From: Octopus vulgaris
Lineage: Eukaryota
Reading direction: 5' to 3'
NCBI GenBank assembly: GCA_951406725.2
Contig: OX597820.1
Coordinates: forward strand, 75,020,001-75,084,000
Length of the DNA: 64,000 bases
In this document: in pieces, positions 14,388 to 28,453 of the stretch
Layout: every line of letters begins with the position of its first letter
How positions within the stretch are numbered: position 1 is the first letter of the stretch
Translations under genes and position numbers: made by a program
Notes under the pieces: model-generated
Databases searched by the model: none
Seen by the model: only the letters and a program-made list of their open reading frames with translations
Told to the model about the DNA's origin: nothing

Positions 14388-15343
14388 GAGTAAACATATA
14401 AATATATACATATATATGTATACTCACTTTATATAAGTTTGCGTGCTTGTGAGTGTTCGTATGTGTATCTGTCTGTGGATGGGTCTCTCTCTCTATATAT
14501 ATGTGCATATGTCTGTATCACCATGTGAATATACGTTTGTGTATAAGCAATGGGTGTAAAAAACACAAAGTGAGAAAATAGAACGAAGTAAGAAAAGCAA
14601 ACCAAAGAATAAATAAAGAGATAGATAATTGCATTTTTTGTTTCACAAGGAAATGCAACTTGTGTTTCTCAACTAGTCCCAGAATCATGCAAATATTTCT
14701 TTGCAGGAATAAACATTCACGAATGGGATTATGCAGAGAGATGTTGCGTGGAGAGTGTCATGACTGTTGAGTAAAAATGATTAATTGCAGCGGGATTTTA
14801 GCAGTGCCAACCAAGTGATAAATCATGATATTTTCCTTCTATTAATCTTCATTGGATTATGCCAATAATAATGGTATGTTATCCTTAGTAAAATGTATTG
14901 ATTATAACGAAAATAAAAATTCGCAATTAATCAATCTTGCGTTACAACTTTACTCACAACAATCCTCAATCCACCTTTTGCACGAAATGAACATTTTCAT
15001 AGCTTCTTATGTTTTATGTTCTAAAGTACAGAAGTACAGGCATAATTATGCATCTGTCTATCCTCATTCTGCATTTCCCTGTTTCTTTCTCTCTCTCTCT
15101 CTCCATCCCTCTCTCTGTCTCACTCTCTTAATATATATAAGTATGTATGTACATATATAGATATAAATATAGATATATATACATGCATATATAAATACAC
15201 TCATATATACACATATGTAAATACTCACACGTATGTATTTATACACACGTATGTATGCATATATATGTGAGTGCATATATATATATATATTTCTTTACTA
15301 CCCACAAGGGGTTAAACACATATATATAGCCTTTTACATACGC

Positions 15344-15401
<58 letters not shown>

Positions 15402-15874
15402 CCTTTGGTTGCATTTTCATATGTGTATATATGCATGTATTCATGTATACATGTATATATATATATATATAAAACTATCTATCTATCTGTTTTTGGATAT
15501 GGTTTGCAAGATTTTTTATGGGAGTCCGTGAGTTGAAGCATATTTTTCTAAAATGTTCATTGCTTCCTGCAAACGTTTCCATTTCTATGGAAAAGTTTGC
15601 AAAACGCAACGAAAATTTTAGGAAAAATAACTAAATAAAGGAGTGGAAACTTAACCGGTGTGTTAAATAATAAGGCGCTAAAACAGAATGACTCTCCCCA
15701 GACACAACAAAATTTTACGTATTATTTTTTAAATACTCTGATTTGTATGATCCGATGTCAAAGTCCATATGGATGTTATATTAAAAAAATTGATTGGAAT
15801 CGTCTTGTGCATCGAAGTAGAACATTTATAAAGCTGTAAAGTAAAATTCTCCTTCATCTGTTATCATTTTCCTT

Positions 15875-16545
15875 CAACTTGTTCGAGTTATTAGACTGCG
15901 GACAGGCTGGGGCACTGCCTTGAAGAACTTTTTGTCGGATGAATCTACTGCTGTACGCATTCTCTTAAGCCTGGTACTTATTTTAACGGTCTTTTTTTCT
16001 GAAACACTAGGCTACTTGAACGTAAGCATAACAACACCGGTGGTCATGCGAGGTGGAACAAACAGAGACATAAAGACACACACATACACACACATCTGCA
16101 CACATACACAGATACACACACACACATCTATATACACGTACGAACATACATATGTATATGTACATATATTATTTATTCTTTTACTTGTTCGAGTCAGTTG
16201 AATGCTGCGATGCTGGAGCACCGCCTTTAATCGAACGAATCTACCCCAGGACTTATTCTTTGTAAGCCTAGTACTTATTATATCGGATCTTCTGGCCGAA
16301 CCGCTAAGTTACGGGGGCGTAAATACACACCAACATCGGTTGTCAATCGATGGTGGGGTGGGGCAAACACACACACTTGCATATACACGACAGGCTTCTT
16401 TCGTCTACCAAATCCACTCACAAGGCTTTGGTCGACCCGAGGCTATAGTAGAAGACATACTTGTCGAAGATGCGACACAGTGGCGCGGAACCCAGAACCC
16501 TGTCTTTGAGAAGCATGCTTCTTACTACACAGCCACGCCTATGCC
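15875..16545 (-). mobile_element. Two SINE family A copies
   Basis: Reverse-complement matches to the SINE at 33916-34320. Confidence 0.75.
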
Positions 16546-16782
16546 TATATCATAATCTATAGAAGGCAGATTTTCTCTGTCTGTGACTATGTTTGTTTGC
16601 TATACGATTGTACTTTTTTGGGGTGGGGGTGGGGGTTCATATGTATTCTCATTTTTGTATATGCGTGTGTATTTATGCGTATATAATCATGTGTATTTGG
16701 GGTACTTAGTTGTGCTCATAACTTAGTCTTTGCTTCTTCCATGGCTATGAGTAAGTATCTCATTTATTTCTTTTGCCACATG

Positions 16783-16840
16783 TATCACTGACGAAGAGAG
16801 GGCTCTTAGTAGCCAACTCTGAAATCGGTCCGATATGGTA
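16783..16840 (+). ncRNA. Type I hammerhead ribozyme, copy 1
   Basis: tatca CTGACGA agag..ggct/agcc..ctct GAAA tcgg-t-ccga TA tggta; AUA cleavage after 16835. Confidence 0.85.
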
Positions 16841-17276
16841 ATAATGGAATTTATTAGAAATGTCTGTCGACCTTTTTTCGAGTAGCGTGCGTATTGTGAA
16901 AAAAATATATGGTTAATGGACAATATGTCCAATTTTTCGGCATATTTGGCATTAGAAATTTTTTCCTTTGCCCTCATTTATGAATTGTTTATAAATTTAA
17001 CCGTTTAAGGTATTTTTTAATATGCTGGCCATTGATAAAATTTTTTCGAAAAATATTTTTTTCGAAAGAAATTTTATCCTCATTAGATATAAATTTAAGC
17101 GTTCACTTCCGGACTATCTCACTCTGTGAGAGCCTCAGTTCTAATCGCACGTATCTCGAATGGGCTGGAGTATTTCTATTTTCGAGGTATTTGGGGTACT
17201 TAGTTGTGCTCATAACTTAGTGTTTGCTTCTTCCTTGGGTATGAGTAAGTATCTCATTTATTTCTTTTGCCACATG

Positions 17277-17334
17277 TATCACTGACGAAGAGAGGGCTCT
17301 TAGTAGCTAACTCTGAAATCGGTCCGATATGGTA
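17277..17334 (+). ncRNA. Type I hammerhead ribozyme, copy 2
   Basis: Same fold as copy 1 with one change in the stem II insert; cleavage after 17329. Confidence 0.85.
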
Positions 17335-17476
17335 ATAATGGAATTTTTTAGAAATGTCTGTCGACCTTTTTTCGAGTGGCGTGCGTATTGTGAAAAAATG
17401 ATATGGTTAATGGACAATATGTCCAATTTTTCGGCATATTTGGCATTAGAAATTTTTTCCTTTGCCCCCATATATG

Positions 17477-17519
<43 letters not shown>

Positions 17520-17523
<4 letters not shown>

Positions 17524-18028
17524 GTTGCATATCTAAACATACTCTTATATACTTAAATAATAAACTGCTGGAAAGTATTACATATCTTTTCAGTTCCACT
17601 GATGGCCATGGATCCATAGTCTTCAAATCAGCTTTCACCTTTCTGGCATTGGGAAGCCTAATTTCTCAAGATTGTTATATATCCTAGTGCGCCAATAATT
17701 ACAGGTATAAACCTGAACTTGTAATTTGGGTAAAGTAGCTGTTGAGTTCTCAACAGTTCAGCGCAGGTATCTTTAATTTAACATCCACTGGGCAGCCAGT
17801 TTCCACAATAGTACAGCTTCACTTCTCTTGCCCAAATCCCTATGACAGGTCTATATTGTTTACGTTTTATTGATCTTTTCACTGAGATATTCCGCCGGTA
17901 CACCTTGTTATTACAAAGGGCTATGGCTTCTACCATACTGTGGGTTCTTATTTTTTTGGCTTCAGGCTTATTCTTCCGACGGATCTCATTATATAGTGTC
18001 TTCGCTAAAACATCTTGTCTCAAAACAG
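17520..18028 (-). mobile_element. R4/Dong/NeSL-type LINE 3' fragment (restriction-like endonuclease)
   Basis: LRQDVLAKTLYNE (RHD-like), RPVI.IW (RPD-like), ETGCPVDV, YPNYKFRFIPVIIGALG. Confidence 0.75.
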
Positions 18029-19174
18029 CCACACACAGACACACACACAAACACACGCACATGTCTGAATTTATGTATGTGCCTGGATGTGTGTATGTGT
18101 ATGTATGTACATATATACACATATACAGTCAGTGGAAACTTAAACAGCAACACTTTTTATTTTCTAATATGTGTAAAGTAGAGATGTTTTCAGATATATA
18201 TGATTTTGCACTGTAAAACATATGGAATATAATATCATATTATAGACACACTTGTCTCAACAGCAAACAAACTAATAATTGAATCTGTCATTTCAAAAAT
18301 ATTTAAAACGCTAATTGAAGCTTTCGAAAAAGAAAAGAGAAGAAAAAAGTAAAAAAGAAAGAAAGGAAATAAAGAAATTATAAAAATATAAAATAAATAA
18401 AAATATTTAAAAAAATCTTTAGTTGAAATAGGTTATTGAGTGACTTAGAAATTATAATTTAAGTAGAAAGAAACGTGTTGATTATATAAAATACTCTCAT
18501 GCGTCTTCAATATCCGTCTTTGAAAGACGTCTCCTGCATTGTTTAAATATATATATATATATATGTGTGAGCTCTCAAAGAAGATTCTCGTTTGGTGGTA
18601 CAGGCCCTGCTAAACTAGACCCCATTTTTAATTTTAAAATATCGCTACGTATAAGATACGAAAATTGCTTCCTAAACGAAGGGTTCTGGGTTCAGGCCCA
18701 CTACGTGGAACCTTGGGCAGATCAAAGCCTTGATATTGGAGTTGGAAGACGGAAACTGAAAAAAAAAACCCCGTCATATATATATATATATATATATAAA
18801 GATATATATATATATGGTTTTTAGGTTTGCAAGATTCTTTATATGACTTCGTCTGTTGAAGCATATTCTGTTGTGTCTGTGGGGAATCATTTTCTTTTTG
18901 TGCCTTAAAATTTAAGACACTCGCCGGTAAAATTTCCACTTATTTCTTATTTTTATTTTCCTAAAATTTTCGTTGCGTCTTGTAACCTTTTGAAGAGTCT
19001 TCGGATCTCTCCAGTTACAAAATTGACATAAGACTAGCCGTGCGAGGAACTTTGGTAGATTTTGATGATAATTTATGGAATAGATCTGAAACTCTAAGTA
19101 CGGATCGAACCTATAACCAAAGGCGTTACGGTCATGACCATACTGTTCTACTTTCAGACATGGCGTATACATAT

Positions 19175-19432
19175 ATTGGTGCAGGACGTCACCAACAGTA
19201 CACAACATAAAATACGAATATAAATTATTTAAATACGCAAATAATGAGAGAAAAAGAAAAGGACAAGTAATACAAAGAATGACCCTTCTTAAGATGTCGT
19301 CTGTCTATCTACTCCACACGGTCATTCTTTGTATTACTTGTTCATTCTTTCCTTCGTTATTCCATATCTAACTCATATATTATTTGTATTATTATTTATT
19401 TGAACGCCGCGCATCCATTTCCAAGTAAGTAA
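19175..19432. repeat. Fold-back fragment of a PLE-pLTR-like repeat family
   Basis: Perfect 22-bp inverted core at 19263-19284 and 19320-19341 with degenerate extension; related to 56800-56960 and 57660-57698. Confidence 0.6.
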
Positions 19433-19496
19433 ATATGTATATATATATATATATATACTTACACACACACACGTATACATATTTGCATATACCTTC

Positions 19497-19608
<112 letters not shown>

Positions 19609-20176
19609 TTAGTGTAGAGGAAAGCATCGATAATATTCTTCAGTTTACGTAAGAAATACAACCATATGATGTTTATTTGAATTTATGTTCATAGTTTATA
19701 TATTTCGCTTATGTTTCGAAGAATTCTTGTTTGATGTCTTCTGAATATATTTCGCCAGTAAGCCGAATGGAGCGTATCACTTCAACAGCTAAGACGCTGA
19801 TGACTAATATTACATTAGAATAATGGTTATCTTTGCAAATTTTTGATCTTTGCAATTTTTTTTTGTATTATTAAAATCTACATTAATCCAACCAATAAAA
19901 ATATTCCTTCAACTTAGAATGCTGTCATATCCAAGTTCGTTTTAGGACTTAACCATCAGACAGGAAAACTATTATCTTATGTATAACAACTGACTGGACA
20001 CATCAATACTTTTTTCATGAAAATTCATCGAATTAGCACCGACTGGACCTCAGCTGACAAGAATGTATGATGAGCTATGTTGAAGCGATTTTCTTGCCTT
20101 CGCGTATTTACGTATCATAGTTATCTCCCTTTATCAACTATCTCATCATCCAACCACCTATCTATTTATCTTTCTG

Positions 20177-20235
<59 letters not shown>

Positions 20236-21307
20236 GCCTATCTATCTATCTCTCATTTTTACTGGCCATCTATAAACTAGTACGGCCAAATAGTAAAACA
20301 TACATAGGTGCAGTTACAAAGACAAAAGCTAAGAATTTATTAAGCATAAATATAGAAACTGACTGATGCGTATATTTAAATGACATTTTCAATAGTATTT
20401 TGAACGCGAGTAACCAAACGTTTCGTATCATTCAGAAAGAATATTGTTGGTCAAATTCAAGCAAAACTAAACGCGTGAATGCATGTAGTTCGCCACAATG
20501 ATTTGCTCCGTGTTTGTCTTCGAAATACACCTGAGGATGTTAAATATGGAAAGTGATATATTTCTTGCTTAGAATGGAAACAAAATAGTGATCATATGGC
20601 CGCAAAATACGAGAATGCTTTCAGCAGACGTATAGCAAGATATATTCTACCTTGACCAGAGAAGGGTACATGAAAGTGTATACTATTAATTTACACGTAA
20701 GGCGAGCGTACCAGCATGTGATCCTCTTATTTATCCACAGGCTGGAACTGCAATGAGTAACATGGAAAATATAAGATTAACGACCGCAGATATTGATATG
20801 AAATGCATGTCTACATGGAAGAAGCTTTTAGACAAGTCTTTTTTTTAATTTCATCTCCGTCTCTGTTAGATATAGAATGTAGCTGTGATAATTTTTACAT
20901 AGCCATCGTCGTAATCCTGCTGGATCTCCATACCGGTTTACTCATCAGTCCTAAATATAGATTAACATACTCTCAAATGTTATACTGACTTTTGCAAATT
21001 CGCACATTTTAACGCTATTTATAGAAAGATCACTTGTTCTACGGACAGAGATCTATGGTAATAAACCATCGCTTTTAAAGACATGGTCCGAAGCACAAAC
21101 ATCACAAATTAAATCAATTTGATGTAGAATATTTTTACCTCTCCGTACAAAGGAACAATTTACTACGATCTGATAGTAGAGCAATACCTCTTTAGTTAGC
21201 ACACATTGTTCTGGCTACTTTTCCTTTATAGAGAGGAAAAGTCCTTAGGCGTTGCACCGTCCCTCCAGGCTGCACTAATAAGTTCATGAAGGGACTGTAG
21301 GATGTAA

Positions 21308-22112
21308 TCTCTCTATATATAAACGGCAGTTTGTCTGTCTGTGTGTCTGTGTGTCTGTCAGGTTGTACCCTCACCCTGACCACGGCTTTCAACCGATTCT
21401 GATGAAACTTGACACACACGTAGCCCAATGTCATAATTCAAAACTAACGGAGCGAAAATTTTGAGAAGTTCCCCCAGTTCTGAAAAGAAAATCGATAAAT
21501 TCGACATGGGTCGAGAATCTAAGCTTTTTATATGCAACACATTTTCTACAGACTGTCTAGGGGACGCAACTCGACCCTTTTAACCCTCGGAACACGTGGG
21601 GTAAGTATCCCAAAATGTATAAAAATGTACAAAAACGGCAAAAAAACGGGCAGCAATGTGACAACAACCAAAAAGTCAAAAGTGACCAAACTGAACAAAC
21701 GAATGGAAAAAGTTTTTTGATGCACACGACAAAAGCGGTTTATAATAAACCAAGAGTTTGCAAGTAGCGTCCGACGACCCTTAGGGTACGTCAAACATTT
21801 AAGGTAAAATGTTTGGGGTGGTAGTTATAAAGAAAGTGTAAACAAAAAAAGTATTCGAATAACTTGCGGCTGCAGCAGCTATTAGCAGAAGTGGCGGTGT
21901 TGGGGGTAAAGTCTCGAATGTAATTTCTTCCTGGTAGGAATTGGGTTGGGTTGAATTATCGATAGCTGTTTGATAGTTATTTGGGAGTGAAGAGAAGATA
22001 TTGCAACCTACACATGCGCCTTCGTTCCCTAGAGGGAAAGGACTAGATTGGGATTAGTCGTTGCCTACTAGGGGCTCTTACATACCGGGGCAACGCCGGG
22101 CTATGCTGCTAG
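21308..22112 (+). mobile_element. Non-autonomous Helitron
   Basis: A|TC 5' end, (CTGT)-rich tract, ccgattctgatgaaactt motif, 3' hairpin ccggggcaacgccggg, CTAG|T end; no TSD. Confidence 0.85.
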
Positions 22113-22457
22113 TCACCACTAAATCGCAAGATCACAGCACAAATTCCATCCTTTCCAGGTGCCCTGCCAAGATTCAATTTACTCATTTATGCCATTACTT
22201 CATCTATTGCGGGCGTGGAATTTAAGGAGCCAATGATAGGTCTTTGTTGCATAGTATCAATCACTGTTTCGTCCATAACAGACTCATGGCCAGAAAAGTC
22301 AGGAATGGAATAGGTGCAGGAAAGAATGAATGAGAGCGAAAGATTTTATTTTATTTTACTTTCCCTCTCATTCATTCCTTCCCACACCTATCCCATTCTT
22401 GTCTTTTTTCTCTCCTCTCTCTTCAAATTCACCTTACCTTAGTTAATTTTTTATAAA

Positions 22458-23485
22458 CTAGCATAGACGCCCGGCGTTGCTCGGGATTAAAATGGCATAG
22501 TTTGTATATCTAATGCAGTTATGTTGAAACAGGTGATACGGGATAAGGTAGCATTGGCGACAAAATATTTGTAGAGTAAATAATGGGCTAATTCGCCTAA
22601 GCGACATGTCATACATCCGTTTGGAGTATTCCAGGTACTAAAATGTCATGGAAAATTGGGGTGGGGGTATGTCCATGCCTTTGCTCATCTCGAGAAAGTC
22701 TCATCTCGTTTCTGTCTTGAAACTCCATTTGATGTACTGCTGCATGCGTTTGCTGATTTTCGAAATATGACATCTCTTGTTCTCTTGACACTCCATTTGA
22801 CGTGCTGGGAAAGTCTCATCGCCCTTTTGCTTTGAGACTCCACCTGACGTGCCGCGGTATGCCTTTGCCGATCTTGGGAGAGTCTCATCTCCCTTCTCTA
22901 GTCAGACTCCATTAATTTAAGGGTAAATATATAATGGTAAATAACTTGCAACTGCTGGGATAATTATGAACTGGTAATTGAACGGCAAATGTGTATTTTT
23001 ATATACCTAGGACCTGCCACCAAATTGTTTTTTGCGAAGAGTTTCACCATCAGCCGTTTGTTATGTTACTCAGCACACATACACCAACACACATTCCGCT
23101 GTCATGGCGGTAAAGACGGAAAGCTGCTGATACATAATGTTGTTCACATTAGGATATAAATTATTCATTTATTTATCACTGTAGAATTAAAAGTGAAACA
23201 ATAAAAGTGTAGCAATAATATAGGCTTAGAATGAAAAATACAAGAATAAAAGTGAAATAAGAACATACGACATTGCAATATAGATCTTATTCTTTCAGTT
23301 ATGACACGTTATACCGAACTAGCGTTAAATTTATATTGTTTTAATCCAAATGAAAAAAAATTACACGTTGACACTCAGGTGGTTTGATACTATTACCTTG
23401 TAAAATTTGATTTGATTTGGTCGTGCCGTTCGAGAAAATATAGGGAACAGAGAGACAGACAGACTAAGAATTTTATATATATAGA
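22458..23485 (-). mobile_element. Non-autonomous Helitron with internal repeats
   Basis: Minus strand reads TCTATATATATAAAA..ctgtctgtc at the 5' end and cccgagcaacgccggg..CTAG|T at the 3' end. Confidence 0.8.
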
Positions 23486-24153
23486 CAAGGAAGTTAATTT
23501 TTTGACAAAACTTACAAACCCCGATTGAGTGTATAAAGCTCTAGAAGAAAATAGCTTGAGTAACAAAACTTGAGTCGCTTTAGGAGAGCTTTTTCTAACG
23601 CATGACCACTAAGTGGCGTGGTTACAATCTCATTGGTTCGTAATAAAGGCTTATCGGCCGAACGTGGCTCATAGCGGTCATACGTACGCATGCACGACCG
23701 CACACACAACGTTTTTCGATAGATGGAGAAATGTAGATAGTGTATTTAAATAACCGGAGTGCAAACAATTTAAAATAAGTAATGTTGTAGGGAGAACGTA
23801 CACACACCCTAAGGACTAAGATATTTACGCACGACAAAATTGAAATACACCGAAGATACTTTTTTAGGTAGATGTGGCAAAACTGGGTGAACAAAAATTA
23901 AGAATAACTAAATTATTTTTTAGAGAGGACGTACAAAAACCTAACAAAAGGTAGACCGATAGAATAAGTACTGGGCTTACAAAAGAATAAGTCCCGGGGT
24001 CGAGTTGCTGGATTAAAGGCGGTGCTCCAGCATGGCCGCAGTCAAATGACTGAAAAAAGTAAAAGAGTAAAAGAGAGTAACAGATTCTTACGCACAATTT
24101 ATTGAAATACACGGAATTCAATTTGTAAACATATGTTAGTAAGAGTGTGAGTT

Positions 24154-24205
<52 letters not shown>

Positions 24206-24637
24206 TGAAAGATACAGACAGACATAGACTAAAAGCGAGGAACTATTACAGAGGGTGTGAAAACATGTGTAAATAAAAGTAACAGAGACTGAGAAAAAGA
24301 GATAGAAGAGAGAAAGAAACACAGAGAGAAAAGGGAGAGAATCGGTTGAAAACTGCAGAAGTCTTTAAAGGAGAACCTGTGTAAAACACCGTTTTCCCGG
24401 TTTCTCGCTTGACGCGAGAGCTCTGGGGGAAATGTTAGAGTGCATGCCAATCCGTAGCACATAAGTAATGTGTGTGTAACGTTTGGTGAAAATCGGTCGA
24501 AAACTGTACAAATCCATACGTACTACATACACACAATAAGCGTGTGCGCACACAAGCACGAATACACACAGGCTTGCGTGTACAAATAAACAGACATCAT
24601 TTGTGATATATATATATACACACATACACACACACAT

Positions 24638-24681
<44 letters not shown>

Positions 24682-24886
24682 GTCGAGAGTAAAGGAATTT
24701 TGTTAACATCTTCGTTCGACTCCATTCTTTCATTTATTCATATACAACACAAATTTCTGCACATGAACCCGGAGTTTCTACCCTTGGACAGGTCGCTTCA
24801 ACCGTGTTTCTGTCGTGAATTTGCTACCCTGGTTTCGGTTCAACGAATTTTCCATGCTGACGATATACATAGGATAATTCATTCAC

Positions 24887-24926
<40 letters not shown>

Positions 24927-25320
24927 CTTGAAATACTCGTCCTACATTGATTATTGTTGTCCTTTTCCTCTAATATATAGTTTCTAAATCAGAAGCCTAA
25001 TACGGGTTCCTAGCTCCAGCCTCAGCTGTGAAATTGCAATCTAATGGACGACCAGTTATAGAAGTTAGTCAGCGTACCTATTCGTTTTAGATCCCCACTG
25101 TACTAAATATTTCGTATTCTCTGTATATATATGTCGGTGTGCTTACGTCCACGTAACTTACCACTTCGGCAAAGGTGACTCATATATTCTGTATTAAGCT
25201 TACAAAGAATAACGCCAGGGATTGATTTGTTCCAATAAAGGCGGTGCTCCAGGATGGTCGCAGTCAAATGACTGAAACAAGGAAAGGAGTCCCGAAATAT
25301 AACTATATATATATATTATG

Positions 25321-25378
<58 letters not shown>

Positions 25379-25402
25379 TATATATATATATTGTTTTCAC
25401 CG

Positions 25403-25452
<50 letters not shown>

Positions 25453-25768
25453 CGGAGAAAACAAAACTGGCGAAGTATTTTCTTGTTTAGCTGCGGTGTT
25501 TAGGACAGATACATCAGACGTGTAATCAAAGACATTGCACCAAATATTGTATTTATATATGCGTATTACGAAATATATTATTTAATATTCATTTTTGTTT
25601 TCTTTTTTTTTTTAATATGATTGATGTAGATAGAGTTAGATATTGTGTAGACGTCATAGTCTTCTGTACAGTTCTGCATAAGCAGATTTCATTCCATGTT
25701 CTGTTTGTATGTTTCCTACGATGAGCAGTGAATTTACTACCTATAAAAAGGTTATTCATATATAGCAA

Positions 25769-25821
<53 letters not shown>

Positions 25822-26471
25822 AGGCCAAAAATACATCAACACATATCTCACAGCAATAAATACGCCTGGAACAGTTCGTGTATTAAAGGCAAGGCCAGTG
25901 AATCAATATATACGTTGGATACACAGGTTTATCGATAATGTAAGAAAGGTGTATTAGTTCGATAAATATCTCGTTTCATAACGATGCAACCATAGCCGTA
26001 AGAGAATCCGACAGCAAATCAAGCATAGATCAATTTTTTTGTAATTGACTCTGTTATTGAGTTCGTATATTCAACAAAACGTATCTATTTATCGTATCAC
26101 GTATTCAATTAATTCATTAGCAACTGCACATATGTGCGTGTGTTCGTGTCTGTGTTTGTGTGCATACGTATCCTTGTGTGGGAGGATATACAGTTTCTTA
26201 AAAATTCATACGATTGGTAAATGAATGAGCTTCAGTTTGCGTCACTGCATTCATATATTTGCAGTTTATTGACCCATGTAGAAAAAAGCCTAAGTGTCCC
26301 ATTCACGTAGTTAACTGATATGAAGACATGAAGACATGAAGACAAGGTCATATGCACTCGCCTTAAATCAATGCGCACACACACTCACTAACATATTTCT
26401 ATTTGTCTATATATCTGTCTGTATGATATACGTGTGTATATGTATGTAAATATCCATATGCATATATGTAA

Positions 26472-26517
<46 letters not shown>

Positions 26518-26594
26518 GTATTTTTGTTTATGCATATATATATATATATATATATTTGTTCATACATACATATATACACATATATGTATGTATG

Positions 26595-26625
<31 letters not shown>

Positions 26626-26704
26626 CTGTACATACATGCATATACACATACATATACGCAAACATACATATACATATGAAAACACAGGCATACATACATG
26701 CACA

Positions 26705-26779
<75 letters not shown>

Positions 26780-27635
26780 GTGTGTGTACAGAGAAACTGA
26801 GAAAGAAATAGGGACACAAACAGAATGGATTATGTGTTACATATACATTTCTTTAAATACATATTGAAATCTATGTGTTTGACATCGTGGCTTTGTCCGT
26901 CTCCGTATTTGTCTACGTATTTCTGTGCCTGGTATGTAAACGTGTGTATTTCTTAGTGTGTTTATGACATATACATTTGTTTCTATCGTAAATTCCCTTG
27001 TGCATATATGTTTGCCCTCATGAATAGGAATGCATCGTAAATGTAAAATGATGTTAGCCTACGTGCATTTCAATCTGTTGTACATGTTTACATTTGTTTG
27101 CGATTCTGTGACGATGAACACGTGCATAATATAAAACATCGTCCGGTAGTAAATTTGAGAGTCTGATGGTTTATTGACTGGGAACGAGGTTTTGTTACGT
27201 TAGAAGAGTTTATATAGCGGAGACACACATCGTGATGTGTGTAGGATTGCACTTCCGCGTATACGTCAATACATATTGAAACACATACACAGATATACAG
27301 ATACATATGCTTGCATACATATACAAATAAAAACACTGCCATACATACACACACACATACACACATATCTTTACACATGAACACAGCCAGATTTCTCATA
27401 TTAAGTTTATCTTCATCTTCATACGCAACCCTCAGTGCAGAAAGCTAGAACGATCAAAATTTTACTATATACGTCTATGTTTCTGAGCATATATGTGCAT
27501 GCGTGTGTATGTATGTGTGTATGTATGTATGTATGTATGTATGTATGTATGTATGTATGTATGTATGTATGTATGTATGTATGTATGTATGTATGTATGT
27601 ATGTATGAACTCACATTACCAGAACGTAGTCATGC

Positions 27636-28453
27636 TATAAACGGTGCCAGGCAAACCATATGCTTCACTATCTATTTACCAGGGAATGGTAAAAGTTGAA
27701 AGCCGTAGATAAATTTGTCTTACACCGCTAACATTTAATACTCTCGATGAGGCGGTCAGTTATTGACATTCTAAAACTTGTGATGCGTTTGGAAAACTTG
27801 AATCGAGGTTTTGGTCGCACTAGGAAATCAAAGCAGCAACGAAAAAATTGACCTCTCTCACAGATGTATCTTACCAGCACTGTTGTGTATATACGCGACC
27901 ATGACATCCTACCGAAGGCATATCCAACATCTCCAGCGATGTCAGCGTAATATCTTATGTACCTGACACAAGAGTGGAAATGACAAATATCGAGTCCATT
28001 GTCATGAAACACCAACTTTGATGATCTGGTCATGTTGTCTGTTTAGAGTACATGCACATTCCTAAACAAGATCTGTATTGTGGGCTGGAGCAAAAAAACG
28101 ACCCCAGTGCAACACATGCAATCGTTTCAAAGACTGCCTTATAGACACACTTAAAAATATTATTATCGATAATAATATCCGGAAAAATCTTGCATCAGGT
28201 AAGGACGTGGGTTGGAATCTGATTGTTACTTGAGTTAAGACATTCAAGAACAACAAGGTTGCATAACCTGTGTTAAAACGCGTTGGTAACTATGTGGAAT
28301 TTGTAAATCCCCTCTTTGAGAAAGGCATGACTGGGTGGAAGAAAGATGCATTAAACACAGGACGTGGAACTGTGGCAGAAAACAAAGAACTTAGAATTTC
28401 GGAAGGACACGATCGCCTGTGTCTTCCAATCTGGGCATGGCACCTGTTTTATA
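27636..28453. mobile_element. Possible degraded TIR DNA transposon
   Basis: Imperfect inverted ends tataaacggtgccaggc / gcatggcacctgttttata around a GC-richer interior. Confidence 0.3.

Larger units (their letters stand above)
16693..17480 (+). mobile_element. Partial-tandem non-autonomous element with a 494-bp unit and two hammerheads (retrozyme-like or PLE pLTR-like)
   Basis: 294-bp near-identical direct repeats at 16693-16986 and 17187-17480, each carrying an HHR; ends in (TA)n. Confidence 0.75.

Noticed and set aside
16723-17556. Small ORFs within the 494-bp unit
   Set aside because: Short, no recognisable motif, and the plus-strand frame has a stop in one copy
19797-19825. CTGATGA ctaat/attag hairpin
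   Set aside because: No GAAA box or cleavage triplet in register
20900-20952. Minus-strand CTGATGA gtaa..ttac hairpin
   Set aside because: GACG replaces GAAA and there is no stem I; at best a decayed motif
21399-21408. CTGATGAAAC resembling a hammerhead core
   Set aside because: No stem II; it is the usual Helitron 5' subterminal ccgatt..atgaaa motif
22680-22912. CRISPR-like spaced repeats
   Set aside because: Degenerate tandem units without unique spacers, inside a eukaryotic Helitron, with no cas genes
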